From NCBI RefSeq assembly GCF_006345805.1, contig NW_021833867.1:1-53531 (forward strand): DNA of 53,531 nucleotides, given 5' to 3'. The position numbers were made by a program, and so were the translations under genes. The stretch comes from Octopus sinensis. Its lineage: Eukaryota. The notes under the pieces were generated by a model. The model saw nothing but the letters and a program-made list of their open reading frames with translations, had not been told where the DNA came from and did no database searches. Below are positions 36,444 through 49,729 of the stretch, piece by piece. Position 1 is the stretch's first letter. Each line of letters opens with the position of its first letter.

Positions 36444-38390
36444 TCACCTACGCTCCAAGGAATATAGTTTTAATCTCTTGAGTCTTTCCCAGTAGCTTAT
36501 ATGCTGCACAGAGGCTATCTTCTTCGTGTAGCTTCGTTGGATCGCCTCAAGTTCTGTGATCAACTTGACACTGAATGGTGACCATAGCTGAGAGCAATAG
36601 TCAAAGTGGCTTAGGAGAAATGTCCTCCAGAGGACCATCATGGTTTCTTGGTCTCTTGTTCTAAAGGTTCTAAGAATCCATCCGGCCAGCCGTCTACATT
36701 TCATTGCCAATTTAGCAACATGTACATGAAAGGTTGTGTCATCACTCATGTAAATACCCAGGTTACGCACTGATTGTGCCTCTGGGATTGCAATCCCTCC
36801 GGGTCCAGTGTATTCATTGAGTATTGCATTTAGTTTTGCATGCTGATAGCATAAAGCTTGAAACCTTTCAGCATTGAACTGCATGCTATTCTTCGTGGCT
36901 CTCTGCGTGGCTGAGGGCATGTCTGAGAGGGCCATTATGAACAGTAGTGGTCCCAAAACAGTGCCCTGCGGAACACCGCTCACTATTTGCGTGTTAATGG
37001 AAGTGGCCTCATTGGCTACTACCACCTGACTTCTATCCTTCAGAAAGTCATGAAGCCATTCTCCCAATTTTCCAACTATGCCAAGATCACGCAGTTTGTG
37101 ACATATCATTCCATGATCGACTTTATCAAAGGCCTTTGCAAAGTCAAGATATATCACTTCCACATTTGAGTGGTTGAGCAGTCGTTTCAGCACCCAGTCA
37201 TAGTGTTGTAGGAGCTGAGTTAAGCAGCTTTTTCCTGGTCGGAAACCATGTTGGGTGTCAGGCAGCAAGTCATTTTCTTCAAGGAAGGTGATTAGTTTCC
37301 TTCTGACTATTCGTTCCATGACCTTGCTGATGTGTGAGGTCAGAGAGATAGGTCTGTAGTTCTTGGGCTCCGCTCTGCTACCTCCTTTATAAATAGGGCA
37401 TATTTTACCTTCCTTCAGTTTTCTTGGAAGTTTGCCAGTTGCAAGGAAGCTCTGAAAGAGGAACTGCAGTGGTCTTGCTAGGACTCTCTTACATACTTTT
37501 AGAAGGATTGCCGGGAATCCATCGGAGCCAGCAGCTGAGTTTGTTTTCATTTCATCTATAGCCTTTATTACATCGTCTTCCTTTATATCGATGTAATCTA
37601 TCGTCGCTGCCTCTGATTTTATATCTGCAGTGGTAAAGGAGTCAGTTGGATTGCTGATTTGGAAATGCCCAACGGGTGGAGTGAAAACACTCTTGAATTG
37701 CTCATTTAGTATTTCACTTACCCTCATTGGATTTCCTGTGAGTGTGCCATCCTTTTCAAGGAGTGGCCCTATCCTACAGTGCACCGTAGCTGTTTCTTTG
37801 GCATACCTGTAGAAAGCTCTGGGGTTAGATTTTATGTTGTCTATAGCCCAGGCTTCTTTGTCTGCTCTTTCCTTTTCATGGGAGAGTTGCAGACATTTTT
37901 CAATTTCCAACAGTTTTATTTTCAGGCGGGACTTTTCACTGCTTTCAATTTGTTTGTTTAGGCGATTTGAAACTTTTGTACGCCGTCTCATTAGAATTTT
38001 CGTCTCTCTGGGGATTTTGTTCTTGTGTACAGTGGCCTTTCTCTCTGGGACACATTTGTAGCATATGGCTTGCATTACAGACATGAAATTTTGAAGTTTC
38101 ATGTCGATGTCTGGCGAGGAGAGACATTCAGGCCAGTTTTGTTTGAGGATCTCTTTCTCAATTTGTTTCCAGTTTGCCTTATGGAAGTTCAAGCTGGAAA
38201 GATTCTGAGAGTTTCTTGTAGGCTGCATGTCCATGCTTTCCTTTGGCCCGTACATGATCAGCTCTACCATGTTGTGATCCGAGAGTAGTGTCGGTGTCAC
38301 TTTCACATTATGGATGAGATCCATATTATTTGTGAAGCATAGATCCAGTATGTTACCTGCCCTGGTTGGTTGGAGTATTACTTGGTCCAT
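36444..38390 (-). pseudogene. LINE ORF2, C-terminal part of APE plus reverse transcriptase (648-aa open segment); xADD motif absent; premature stop at 36444
   Basis: ORF-track protein has PTRAGNILDLCFTN (APE end) and RT subdomains. After PLLFIMALSDMPSAT it jumps to NSMQFN with no YADD/FADD. Homology continues past the stop (ERR*ERYAIIYIWK...PNFGI). Confidence 0.92.
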
Positions 38391-38410
38391 GTATAGGGTG
38401 TTGATGAGGT

Positions 38411-39076
38411 TCAGGAGGGACCTCTCCTGTCCTCGTTTTCACATCGTGTCATTCCTGGGAGAGAAAGGCCCTCGGGCCATCTGACATTGGGTAGATTGAA
38501 GTCTCCCATAAGAAGTACACTTATGTGTTGTTCTAATGTGACTAGAACTTCTATTTTTATAACGCAGGCTTCAAACTTGCCTACATGGCTTGGGGCATCT
38601 GGAGGACGATATGTAGCACACACAACTACACCAAGTTGCCTTATATGTACAATTAGTGTGTCACACACCGAGTTTGAGTATGACAAAAGGACCTGGGGTG
38701 TGAGGTCCTCACGGGTGTACATAGCAACTCCTCCATGACTCCTTTCTTTTCTGTCGGTCCGTAGTACAACATACTGTGGTATGTGTAATTCCGCATCTAC
38801 TATGTCCAGTTTCAGGTGTGTTTCCGTAAGTGCTATGCATAAGGCTTGATTGCATGCAACAAAGTCTCTCAAGAACGGGATTTTTGTCCTGTTACTGAGT
38901 GTTAGCAGTCCTCTGATGTTCAGTTGGAGCATCGAGGTGATGTGTATGCTGTTGCCAGCGGTGTCCACCTTGGGTCTATTTGCTGTGGTGGTCTTGTGTA
39001 TTGTGGATAGTCCCATCTGCGAGTTTGAGTTTGATGGAGCCAGGTTAGCTGCTGTACAATATTTTGCGCCATGCAC
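38411..39076 (-). pseudogene. LINE ORF2, N-terminal apurinic-like endonuclease; frameshifted from the RT part near 38420
   Basis: APE motifs NIRGL, LTETHL, VLRTDR, GGVAMY, TYRPPD and MGDFNLP are present. The reading continues in another frame into MDQVILQPTR. Confidence 0.9.
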
Positions 39077-39836
39077 AAAAAAGATTCTTGTTCAGCAGCT
39101 GCCCTTTCAATAACATGTTGGCGGTTTGTAGCACGCACCACATCTGCGTACCTCCGTTTTGGGGCAGGTGGTGCGTGGTCCATCCCTTTTCCTTTTGGTA
39201 ATTGGTTTCTGACCTGTTTTGCGTTTCTGCGGCAGGGTACCCGATGTGCAAAACGGCAGCCTGCACCTTCCTCTCCATGCCAGCAGACACTTCTCAGGTA
39301 GAACCTACACACCCGTGTGCGCTGTCTGTTTCCATCCTTTTTGGCACATGGATAGTCAGGTTTGGTTCTATCCTTGGCTGTTTCATTTTTTGGTTTTGTT
39401 TGAGTTTTAGTTTTTCCTTCTTTGACTGTTTCATCTTTTGTTTTTCTCTTAGTTTTTCCTCTTTTTATTTCTTTTTTGGCTCTTTCATCTCCATGCCTTT
39501 TGGTGCTGGTAGGAGCACTTGCACTTGGGTTTACTTCCCGGGCAGGTTTCTCACTTGAATATTCTCCCTGGGTGTCTACCAAGTGGGGGTGACTTCTTTC
39601 ATCAGCACCCGCGTCTCCATCCTTGCCATCTTTACTTTATTCGTTTTCAAACATGGCATCAAGCGTGCCAAAGTGAGATCTTATGAGTGCATAGGAGCGT
39701 ATAAACTCCTGCTTTGTCCTTTTATATCCACTGCTCTTCAGCGCAGCTGTAATTATGTTGTTCGGATTATCTCTGTCGGCGCATTGTAGGCTCTCAGGAA
39801 CAACACCAATTCGTTACTTCTCCAGGTTCTGGACAT
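38920..39836 (-). pseudogene. LINE ORF1 with CCCH zinc finger; true start probably the ATG at 39836, followed by a frameshift and a stop
   Basis: CRFYLRSVCWHGEEGAGCRFAH matches C-x7-C-x8-C-x3-H. Upstream translation gives MSRTWRSNELVLFLRAYNAPTEII / NIITAALKSSGYKRTKQEFIRSYALIRSHFGTLDAMFENE*SKDG, which runs into the track ORF. Confidence 0.75.
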
Positions 39837-40097
39837 CTTGGATATTTTATTTATTTATCTATCTAATTATATTTAAAATTTAATAGTGTAATATAGGGTA
39901 GAGAAGAAATAGAGAAAGAAAGTGACTATGTATTTAGAGAGATTGAGAGCTGAGAGAAGATAAGAAGAGAGTAAGAGAAGAAAAGGAGGAAAGCTCGCGA
40001 CTATATATTTAGAAAAATGAAAGATTCTGAAACAGTGACCGAAAGCTTATTAAAGAATGTAAACTAAAGTAATTGCGACTATACTTCTAATGTTCGC

Positions 40098-40186
<89 letters not shown>

Positions 40187-40332
40187 GAGATAGAGAGAGA
40201 AAGAAAAGAAAGAGAGGAGGTTACGAAGCTGAAATAGAAAATGAAAGATTCTGAAACAGAGACCGAAAGATTATTAATGAATGTAAACTAAACTAATTGC
40301 GCCTATACTTCTAATGTTCACGTCTCTCTCTC

Positions 40333-40363
<31 letters not shown>

Positions 40364-40366
40364 TAT

Positions 40367-40433
<67 letters not shown>

Positions 40434-41044
40434 GAGAGAGACAGAGAGAGAGACAGAGAGAGTAGGTAGAAGAAAATGAGGAAAAGAAGGAGTTATTTAT
40501 TTTAAACTAATTACGGGAAGATAAACATATGAAAGCGAAACAGAAATTGAAAGAAAGTTATTCTCAGAATGTAAACAAAGATGGCGTCGTAAATCGGAAC
40601 GGAGATGTTAGCTTACATTAAATAAAAAAAAAATGATAAATAAAATATGAAAACAATACTTATCATAAAAGGTACAGTCCAAACCCTCGTGCTTGTACGA
40701 ATAAGTTTTCCTTCACAACAGAAGAGAAAACACTTGTTTTTCTTTCTTACTTTTGGCTGGAGATAAATTAAAGACTTGCCATCACGTGCTTTTTCGGCGA
40801 AGATTCTAGCATGCGTAACTAACTTTACTGTATTATATTTGGCTTCAAGCAAAATATATTATGATTTTAATTAATATATTTTTAATTAATGTATTTTAGT
40901 AGACTTTATGAGTTAACAAGTTCTACGTTTTGTTACTTTTAGTAGATTATTTCGTCGATTTATGCAAACATTTTTGTTTTTTCACAGAGCAAAAGCAAAC
41001 ACGTCTTTCCTCTCTCTCTCTCTTCTCTCTCTCTCTCTTTATAT

Positions 41045-41111
<67 letters not shown>

Positions 41112-42215
41112 TATATATATACACATATATATATATATACACACATACATATATGGAAAAACAAGTCAAGATAGAAAATGCTAAAATAATTTTATAACGA
41201 ACATTTCAGTACCGGTTTCAGTTATTGAGGCTTTTTCAACTGTAATAATTAAATAAATAAATTTAGAAAAATTAAAAGAAATGTTTTTTTAAAAGAATAT
41301 TTGTGTAGTGTTCAAATACAAGTGGCATTTTCGTTGTTTCTGCCTTTCTCTGTCTCTCTTGCTTACTCTTGTGGGTTCGAGGTCATTGTGAATTCTTAGC
41401 AGGGAAGAAGAAGGAGGAGGAGAAAGGGAAGAAGAAGACGAAGAATTTGGGAATGCCATGATAGTAGTATTTCGAATGGTTAGTCGGGTCAAGCAGTTGC
41501 TGTTCAATTCATGAAAATATTTCTTTTGAATGTTTTCTTTATAGAATTTGCGTATGTATTATACTAAAAGTTAGGAAGGAGAAGGAAGGAGAAGGGGGAG
41601 AATGTCTGTGTGTGTGTGTGAGTGCATTTTTATCTAGATATCTATGCATGGTAGCAATTAGTACCAAGTCCGAGGGAGAATTAATCTATCTGAAAAATCA
41701 AAAATTCGTCTGAAATTGGTATGATAATAAAGACATGAACGATTATCTGGAGACAAGAGGAAAACTGTGAAAAGTGTTTCTGCCTGAATAGGCGTCATCA
41801 GAGCAGCAATTGCTCCCACCTTATATTCAGCAAATGGGGCAGTTAGACACATACAAGAAAGAACTGACAACATTTTTGGTCTTTTACCAACATGAATAAT
41901 TTCTCTTGTATGCAGTTTGACGCGAACTTACTCTCTCCAAATGCATGTCACTATCCACCAAGCGATTGCTGTACCCTCCCTTAAATTTTATAAATGAAGA
42001 ACTCAACTTCTATTTTATGTAGTATACATTTATTCCTTGCTTCTCTTGAAATGTTCTCCACTGGGCACTCATATTTATTTTTTTCCCCTCATTTCTGACC
42101 ATTTATAAAATTGATGTAATCGTAGGGGCTGTTATAGAGTAGTTGCCAAATTTGTTACGGGTATCAGTGCGCGGTAAGAAAGTGGTTATACTCGAAATTG
42201 AATTGACGATTTCCG

Positions 42216-42286
<71 letters not shown>

Positions 42287-42554
42287 TTACATGTCTGTCT
42301 GTCTGTCTGCCTATTTAATTAATTAACATGTTGATGTAATCAAAAGGTGGCCTCTCTCGGTGGTCCCTTGTTTGGCTCAACAGTGCAGCACCTGGGATAA
42401 AGTCCTATGTGTGTGTTTGTGTGCGTGTGTATGAGTGTGTGTAGATATATATGTGCGTATTGTATGTTCACGCACACATACATATAATTATAGCCATATT
42501 TCTCTCTATTTAGCTATCTATCTTCATATAAATATACATAAATAACTGCTGCCG

Positions 42555-42612
<58 letters not shown>

Positions 42613-42700
42613 CACTACTACTACCACTACTACAACAACTACTACTACAACTACGACTACTACTACTACTACGACGACGACTACTACTACTATAAACTAC
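42555..42700. repeat. (CTA)n/(CCA)n/(CGA)n compound microsatellite
   Basis: Directly visible. Confidence 0.95.
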
Positions 42701-42763
42701 AAATTTGCATACATATGACATATGCTCGAACGCATTTATATTTATATGTATGTATATATACGC

Positions 42764-42796
<33 letters not shown>

Positions 42797-42831
42797 CATA
42801 TATATACATATATATATATATACATACATAA

Positions 42832-42862
<31 letters not shown>

Positions 42863-43528
42863 CATACATATATACGTGAGGAGCAATATGTTTCTTTTCA
42901 TTTATCCACCCTGCGAGCAGATTATACTGCTGTATAAAAAAAAATACCTTCTGACAAAGGCAACTATTGTGTTAAAATATGTAATATAGTTGGATCATTT
43001 ATGACTGGTGTGAAATATAGAGACATGAAAGAAATTCCTTATTTCAGTGAGAGTTCACATTACAGTACACGTCCTACTCTACCACACGTCTGTAGGTGAA
43101 AGACGTAACCTCTATCCGTCGCACTGTATGTATGTACATATATACTATATGCGCAGAAACACATGCAGATATATATGCGTGTGTGCGTGCGTGGTCTTTG
43201 AAATATGTGTGTGTGTTTTCTTACAGAATTTATTGTCGCTGTCCGTGGTTTTTCGCCTCACTTGTAGGTTGTTGACCTTCTCTCTCTTAGTCAATTTCTG
43301 TCCATTACTCAGTTGTTTTCTCTGTAAAACTAGTGAAACCTTAGCAATAGTACCACGAAATTTAACGTCATTCAATTTTAAATGCGTCAAAACTACCATG
43401 AGCTCGGTCTCTGTGGCCGATGAGAGGCTCTCTGTATTTTTTTGTTTTATTTGTTCCTTGGCAAATAACGAAATACATTCTCATCGATCCAAGCAAAATC
43501 GAGTTTATTGAGCGAGGTACCGTTTGAA

Positions 43529-43640
43529 AAGTCACCTGATGAGATACCTATTTGCACCGAAGGATATACCATAACCAGGTGTCCAGAATCTCACCTGCGA
43601 ATGACCGATGCAAGATGGGTCGAAACGATCATTGTGACTT
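43529..43640 (+). ncRNA. Type I hammerhead ribozyme relic with extended stem II
   Basis: Stem I aagtcac/gtgactt (7 bp, perfect), CTGATGA core, stem II G..CCTATTTGCA/TGCAAGATGGG..C, GAAAC and GATC. The cleavage triplet reads ATT instead of GTC. Confidence 0.7.
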
Positions 43641-43693
43641 AAATGAATCTCGTGAATTTCATTCTCTTTCTCTCATTTATTATATATACGTGT

Positions 43694-43910
43694 AAGGCGG
43701 CGAGCTGGCAGAAGCGTTAGCACGCCGAGCAAAATGCTTAGTGGCATTTCACCCGTATCTACATCTTGAGTTCAAATTCCGCTGAGGTCGGCTTTGCCTT
43801 TCATCCTTATGGGGTCGATAAATTAAGTACCAGTTGCGTACTGGAGTCGATCTAATCGACTGGCGCACTCCCCCAAAATTTCAGGCCTTGTGCTTAGAGT
43901 AGAAAGGATT
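43694..43910 (+). mobile_element. SINE-A, complete, short tail
   Basis: Full match. Confidence 0.85.
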
Positions 43911-43913
43911 TAT

Positions 43914-43945
<32 letters not shown>

Positions 43946-44059
43946 TGTATGTATGTATGTATGTATGTATAAGACATCAACACGATAGCTACGACTTGAG
44001 AGCAGTTAATCACAATGTCTACGATTAAGGATGGGCTTGGTCTAAACAATTTTCTTTAT

Positions 44060-44650
44060 TTTTTTAGGCACGAAGCCCGAAATTATAGGGGAGGGGGCCA
44101 GTCGATTAGATCCACCCCAGAACGTAACTGGTACTTAATTTATCAACCCCGAAAGGATGAAAGGCAAAGTCTACTTCGTCGGGATTTGAACTAAGAACGT
44201 AAAGACAGACGAAATACCGCTAAGCAAATTCGCCTGGCGTGCGAACGTTTCTGCCAGTTCGCCGCCTTGGGCTAAACCCTATTCTTTCCTTTCCTACTTT
44301 AAGCACAAAGCCCGAAATTTTCAGGGATGAGATAAAAATATATCAGCACACAGAATTTGTACTCAGAACGTCACGACAGACAAAATATTTCTTTACAACC
44401 CACAAGGGGCTAAACACAGAGAAGACAAACAAGGACAGACAAACGGATTAAGTGGATTATATTGACCCCAGTGCGTAACTGGTACTAATTTAATCGACCC
44501 CAGTGTTCAACTGGTACTTATTTTATCGACCCTGAAAGGATGACAGGCAAAGTCGACCTCGGCTGAATTTGAACTCAGAACGTAGCGGCAGACGAAATAC
44601 CGCTGAGCATTTTGCCCAGTGTGCTAACGTTTCTGTTTGGTCGCCGCCTT
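44060..44650 (-). mobile_element. SINE-A cluster, including a multimer junction near 44385 and an internal duplication at 44465-44520
   Basis: Body matches; gaccccagtg...aactggtact occurs twice. Confidence 0.78.
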
Positions 44651-45249
44651 GGGGTAAACAATATTTCATCATCAACAACAGCAACAACAACATCAATAAA
44701 ATACAGTAAACAGATCCACTGTCTGAAGCACTCCGAGTTTAATAACCAGTTTAGAATCCTCTTTAACAGAACTGTGTCAACAATACAAGAGTTTCGGATA
44801 TGTTAAATCTTTCTTCTCATATCACTTAACTAAGAATGTTTTTATTTTTTCTGATTTTTTAGGCATTTTATTTTTGTTCTTGAAATATAAACCTTTTTAC
44901 AAGGAAATAAATTGATGTATCACACAATGAGATGTCATATATATTCAATCATGCAATATTCAATAAAATCATATTCGATGTATGTAAATAAGTGCATAAT
45001 TTTGTTAGAAAACATTTAATATCATACAATATGATTTCGAGCATTAAGTAAATTCATAAATGCGCGCGCGCGTGGATGCACGTATGTATGTGCGTGTGTT
45101 CACATGTGTCTGTATATATGTGCATGTGTATGTGTGTGTATATGTACGTATGTACGTGTTTGTGTGGGTGTGTGAGTGTGTGTTAATGCATGTTTTTGCT
45201 CGTAAACATTAATCTTTTATCTTCCATCTTTTATTTCTTTCTGGCGATG

Positions 45250-46027
45250 TACAGCGGCCATGCTGGGGCCATGTCTGATACATATTCTGTCAGCTATTTT
45301 GCCGAACCGCTACGTTAAGAGGAGGTAAATGAGCTTTCAATCGTTGTCAAGTGGTGGTGGGGAACAAACACAAACACAAAGAAACATACACATAGATACA
45401 TATATACACACTCCAGGCTTCTTATAGTTTCCGTCTCCGAAATCCACTTCCCAAGGATTTGGTTGGCCCGGGCGTATAGTTGAAGACACTTGCCCAAGAT
45501 GCGCAACAATGGGACTGAACTTAAAACCGCATGGCTAAGAACCAGGCTCCGAGAACATTTTGTATACAAATTTTGGAAGCGCCAAACTCGTTAGTATTTT
45601 GCTGACACGGAAGCAAATTTTGAACGGTGTGTAACTGGAAACAGCAGAGACATATTTGGTATTTACGCTTAGAAGAGGGAAAAAGTTGCTAGCAGGCGGA
45701 CATATAATACATACATACATACATACATACATACATACATACATACATACATACATACATACATACATAAATACATACGCTCTCTCTCTCTTTTACTCTT
45801 TTAATTGTTTCAGTCGGCCATGCTGAAGCACCGCTTTTAGTCGAGCAAATCGACCACAGAACTTATTCTTTGTAAGCCTAGTACTTATTCTATCGGTCTG
45901 TTTTGCCGAACCGCTAAGTTACGGGGACGTAAACACACCAGCATCGGTTGTCAAGCGATGCTGGGAGGACAAACACAGACAAACATACACACACACACAC
46001 ACATACATATATACGACGGGCTTCTTC

Positions 46028-46035
<8 letters not shown>
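45250..46035 (-). mobile_element. Two SINE-B copies (45250-45545 and the 3' half at 45790-46035)
   Basis: Reverse-complement matches. Confidence 0.75.
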
Positions 46036-46102
<67 letters not shown>

Positions 46103-46450
46103 AAAATACACACACATACACACACGCATACATACACTCAGATGCGATAATATGAATTTATTTCAAGTCATAATTGCATACAGTCAGTGTCATTTTGACA
46201 AACACGAAAAAAGAAAGTCTCTAATTTAGACACAAGGCCAATAAAGCCAAGGGGACGGGGTTAAATTCGATACCATTGGCCCGCAGTAGTTGTCTGGTAT
46301 TTGAGATTTTCGGGTCTGTGAGATTTGGGCATGTATTGAACTCAGACCGTAAATTTCACCGACGTTACGATGTTACTGCTAGCTCACGCCTTTACGTATG
46401 TATATATTTACGTAAAAATGAATGTATCTATGTGTTGTATGCATGAATTC

Positions 46451-46496
<46 letters not shown>

Positions 46497-46674
46497 TATA
46501 TATACTTATACATATATACTTATATATATGTGTGTGCGTGTGTGTGTGTATATAATATATATATATATAAATATATGCACATTTATGTGTGTATGGATAT
46601 ATACATGAATGTATCTATGGATGGATGAATGTTTGTATGTTAACATATATGTTGGTCTGTATGTATGTGTGCGA

Positions 46675-46968
46675 GAATGTATGTATGTATGTCTGTATGT
46701 ATGTATGTATGTATGTATGTATGTATGTATGTATGTATGTATGTATGTATGCATGTATGTATGTATGTATGTATGTATGTATGTATGTATGCATGTAAGT
46801 ATGTATGTATGTATGTGTATGCATGTATATATGAATATATGGACTTATAAATATATCTATATATGCACGTATGTATGTATATATGTACTTATGCGTGTAC
46901 CTATTTATCAACGTATAAACAACGAATGCCTTTAAATAACAGCAACAACAACAACAACAACAACGATG

Positions 46969-47028
<60 letters not shown>

Positions 47029-47212
47029 TAAAGAAAAATTAACAACAAAACTAATAATAATGATGATGATGGTGATGATGATGATATATAACAACAGCAA
47101 GAACAACAAGAACAACAACAATAATAATAATAATAATATAATAATAAAAAGAAGAAGAAGAAGAAGAAGAAGAAGAAGAAGAAGAAGAAGAAGAAGAAGA
47201 AGAAGAAGAATG

Positions 47213-47254
<42 letters not shown>

Positions 47255-47324
47255 TAATAATAATAATAATGATAATAATAATAATAATATGAAGAAAAAT
47301 GAACAACAAAAATAATAACAATAA

Positions 47325-47358
<34 letters not shown>

Positions 47359-47385
47359 GGTGGTGGTGGTGGTGGTGATATAACA
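46675..47385. repeat. Compound microsatellite: (TATG)n, then (CAA)(TAA)(GAT)(GAA)(TAA)(GAT)(GGT) blocks
   Basis: Directly visible. Confidence 0.95.
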
Positions 47386-48104
47386 ACAACTGCAACGACA
47401 ACCGCAATAACGAAATTATTAGCACAGACAAAGGAAAGCGGTGCCGGCAGCAGCTTAGAATTATTGTTATGTAGTAAGTATAAGCCAGTAAGAGAAAAGA
47501 CGGACAAGCAGATGTTTTGTGTGAGAGTTCTTCGTTTCTATTGGTTGTTTCAACAACGAGGCATTGTTTTATCAAATGACAGTCCTGAAGTAGGCGTGTT
47601 GTCTACAATTGTTTTGAAAGGGGAAGGCTTTTGAATATATCGCTCTGTGATTAGAGAGCATCTGCTGGCGTATAAATACACTTCGAAATAAACTCGTACG
47701 TACAGAAGTACAGTTAGTTTCTCGTACGAACGCACGTATACACGCTCTTACGCTTACTCTCATAAACACATATTTACATTGACATGCAGCCAAATGCACA
47801 GACACGTACAAAGACACGCCATATTTATATATACACACGCACACACATATCCGTCCATATCTGTATCTATATATGTGTGTGTGAGTGTTTTTATACATGC
47901 GTTTAAGCAGTTTTATACATGCGTTTAACAGCCATATACAGAGTCGGGATACATGAATACAAACATACATGCATACACAATCGTTTAATTACGTATATGC
48001 ATAAATGCATGTGTGTATTGTGTACGTATATGCGTGTGTGCTTGCATGCGTATATACACACATGCATATCTATTATTATGCACCCACCGACACACACACA
48101 TATT

Positions 48105-48470
48105 ATTTTATTTTTTTTATTCCTTTACTTGTTTCAGTCATTTGACAGCGGCCATGCTAGAACACCCCTTTAATCGAACAAATCAATCGCAGGACTCACT
48201 GTTTGTAAACCCAGTACCTATTCTATCGGTCTCTTTTGCTGAACCGCTAAGTTCGTAAACACACCGGCATCGGTTGTCGAGCGATGGTGGTGGGGACAAA
48301 CACAGACACAAAAATATATACATATATACGACGAGCCTCATTCAATTTCCGTCCACCAAATCCACTCACAAGGCTTTGGTCGGCCCCAGGGCCCAAGGTG
48401 TCAGGCAGTGGAACTGAACCCGGAACCATGTGGTTGGAAAGCAAGCGTCTTATCACACAGCCATGCTTGC
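48105..48470 (-). mobile_element. SINE-B
   Basis: Reverse-complement match, with a deletion in the 5' half. Confidence 0.78.
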
Positions 48471-48759
48471 GTCTATATATATATACAGATATGCATATAT
48501 ACAGATATATATACATACACATATATTTTAATATATACAAAATACATACATATAAATATATATTTGTTTATATACAAATACCTATGTATAAACATGTGCA
48601 TGTACGAGTGTAAAAGTGCGTGTATGTGTGTGAGTATGTGTGTGTGTGTGTGGTGCGCATGCGCACGCATTCCCTAATAATAAAGGTATCGATTTCTCTA
48701 GCTCGCCAATGTTTTGTCTGTCTGTTTGTCTCCATGTACTTTTGTCACTCTGTGTTCCG

Positions 48760-49210
48760 TCTGAACCCTGCTTCAGGTTTAATTCCTCTGTGTGACACTT
48801 TGGGCAAGTGTCTTCTACTATAGCCCCAGGCAACCAAAGCCTTGTGAGTGGATTTGGTGACGGAAACTGAAAGAAGCCCATCATACATATATGTGCGTGC
48901 GTAGGAGAGAGAGAGAGAGAGGGAGTGTGTGTTTGTGTGTGTATGTGTGTTTGAGAGAGAGAGAGAATGTGTTTGTGAGTGTGTGTGCGTGTATTTCTGT
49001 GTGTGTAAATTGTGTTTGTCATCCATCACTCCTTGACCAACACCGGTTCTGATTTCTTTACGTCTCTGTAACTTAGAGGTTCGCCATAAGAAAACGATAG
49101 AATAAGTACCAGGTTTTAAAAAATACTTTGGGGTTGATTCGTTCGACTAAAGCCAGTAAAGGCGGTGATGCAGCGTGGCCGCGGTAAAATGTGTAAAGCA
49201 AGTAAAAGAT
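48760..49210 (+). mobile_element. SINE-B, diverged
   Basis: ttgggcaagtgtcttctactatagcc ... aaaggcggtgatgcagcgtggccgc. Confidence 0.72.
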
Positions 49211-49263
49211 ATATAAAATGCATGTGTATGTATGTAGATACCTATACATATATATATATATAT

Positions 49264-49314
<51 letters not shown>

Positions 49315-49729
49315 TTATGAGAGGTAATGGTGTCAATAAGACGCAAAGTAGTCAGGTAATGCTGAATAAGTGCTACGGACAGACCATAGTAAAGCTCCAG
49401 GTTCGGTGATTATGCGAATAAGGAGCCCAACTTAGGTCATATATCAGCATGTGTTTATATAATAAAAAAAAATTGTTTCAGAATGAGATAAGAAACCAAG
49501 GCTGTGAAGATTTTAGAATATTTATACACTCGAATGCAACTGTCACCGAAATGTCCAGCGTGCTAACGATTCTGCTAGCTGCCATCTTAACGAAATAACT
49601 AACTAGCTACCCAATTACAAATCTATTGTCTGACGGGTCACCTACCACTTGTTCAATATGATTTCACAGACAAAAAAATTCTGAAATAATTATGAAGCTT
49701 AACTAAATTTCACAACGCAATTATCACAG

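Larger units (their letters stand above)
36000..39840 (-). mobile_element. CR1-like non-LTR retrotransposon (LINE), near full length, inactivated; 5' UTR may extend to about 40600
   Basis: Contains ORF1 with a CCCH finger, an APE domain (LQLNIRGL, IALTETHL, GGVAMY, YRPP, MGDFNLP) and an RT (YRPISLTSHISKVMERI, QHGFRPGKSC, YLDFAKAFDKVDH, GVPQGTVLGPLLF). The 3' tail GGCGGTGCCCCAGCATGGCC...GAAACTAGAT-(A-rich) lies at about 36000-36064. Confidence 0.93.

Noticed and set aside
41700-41860. piggyBac-like peptides (WYDNKD; YIQQMGQLD)
   Set aside because: Only two short partial motifs in different frames; could be chance.
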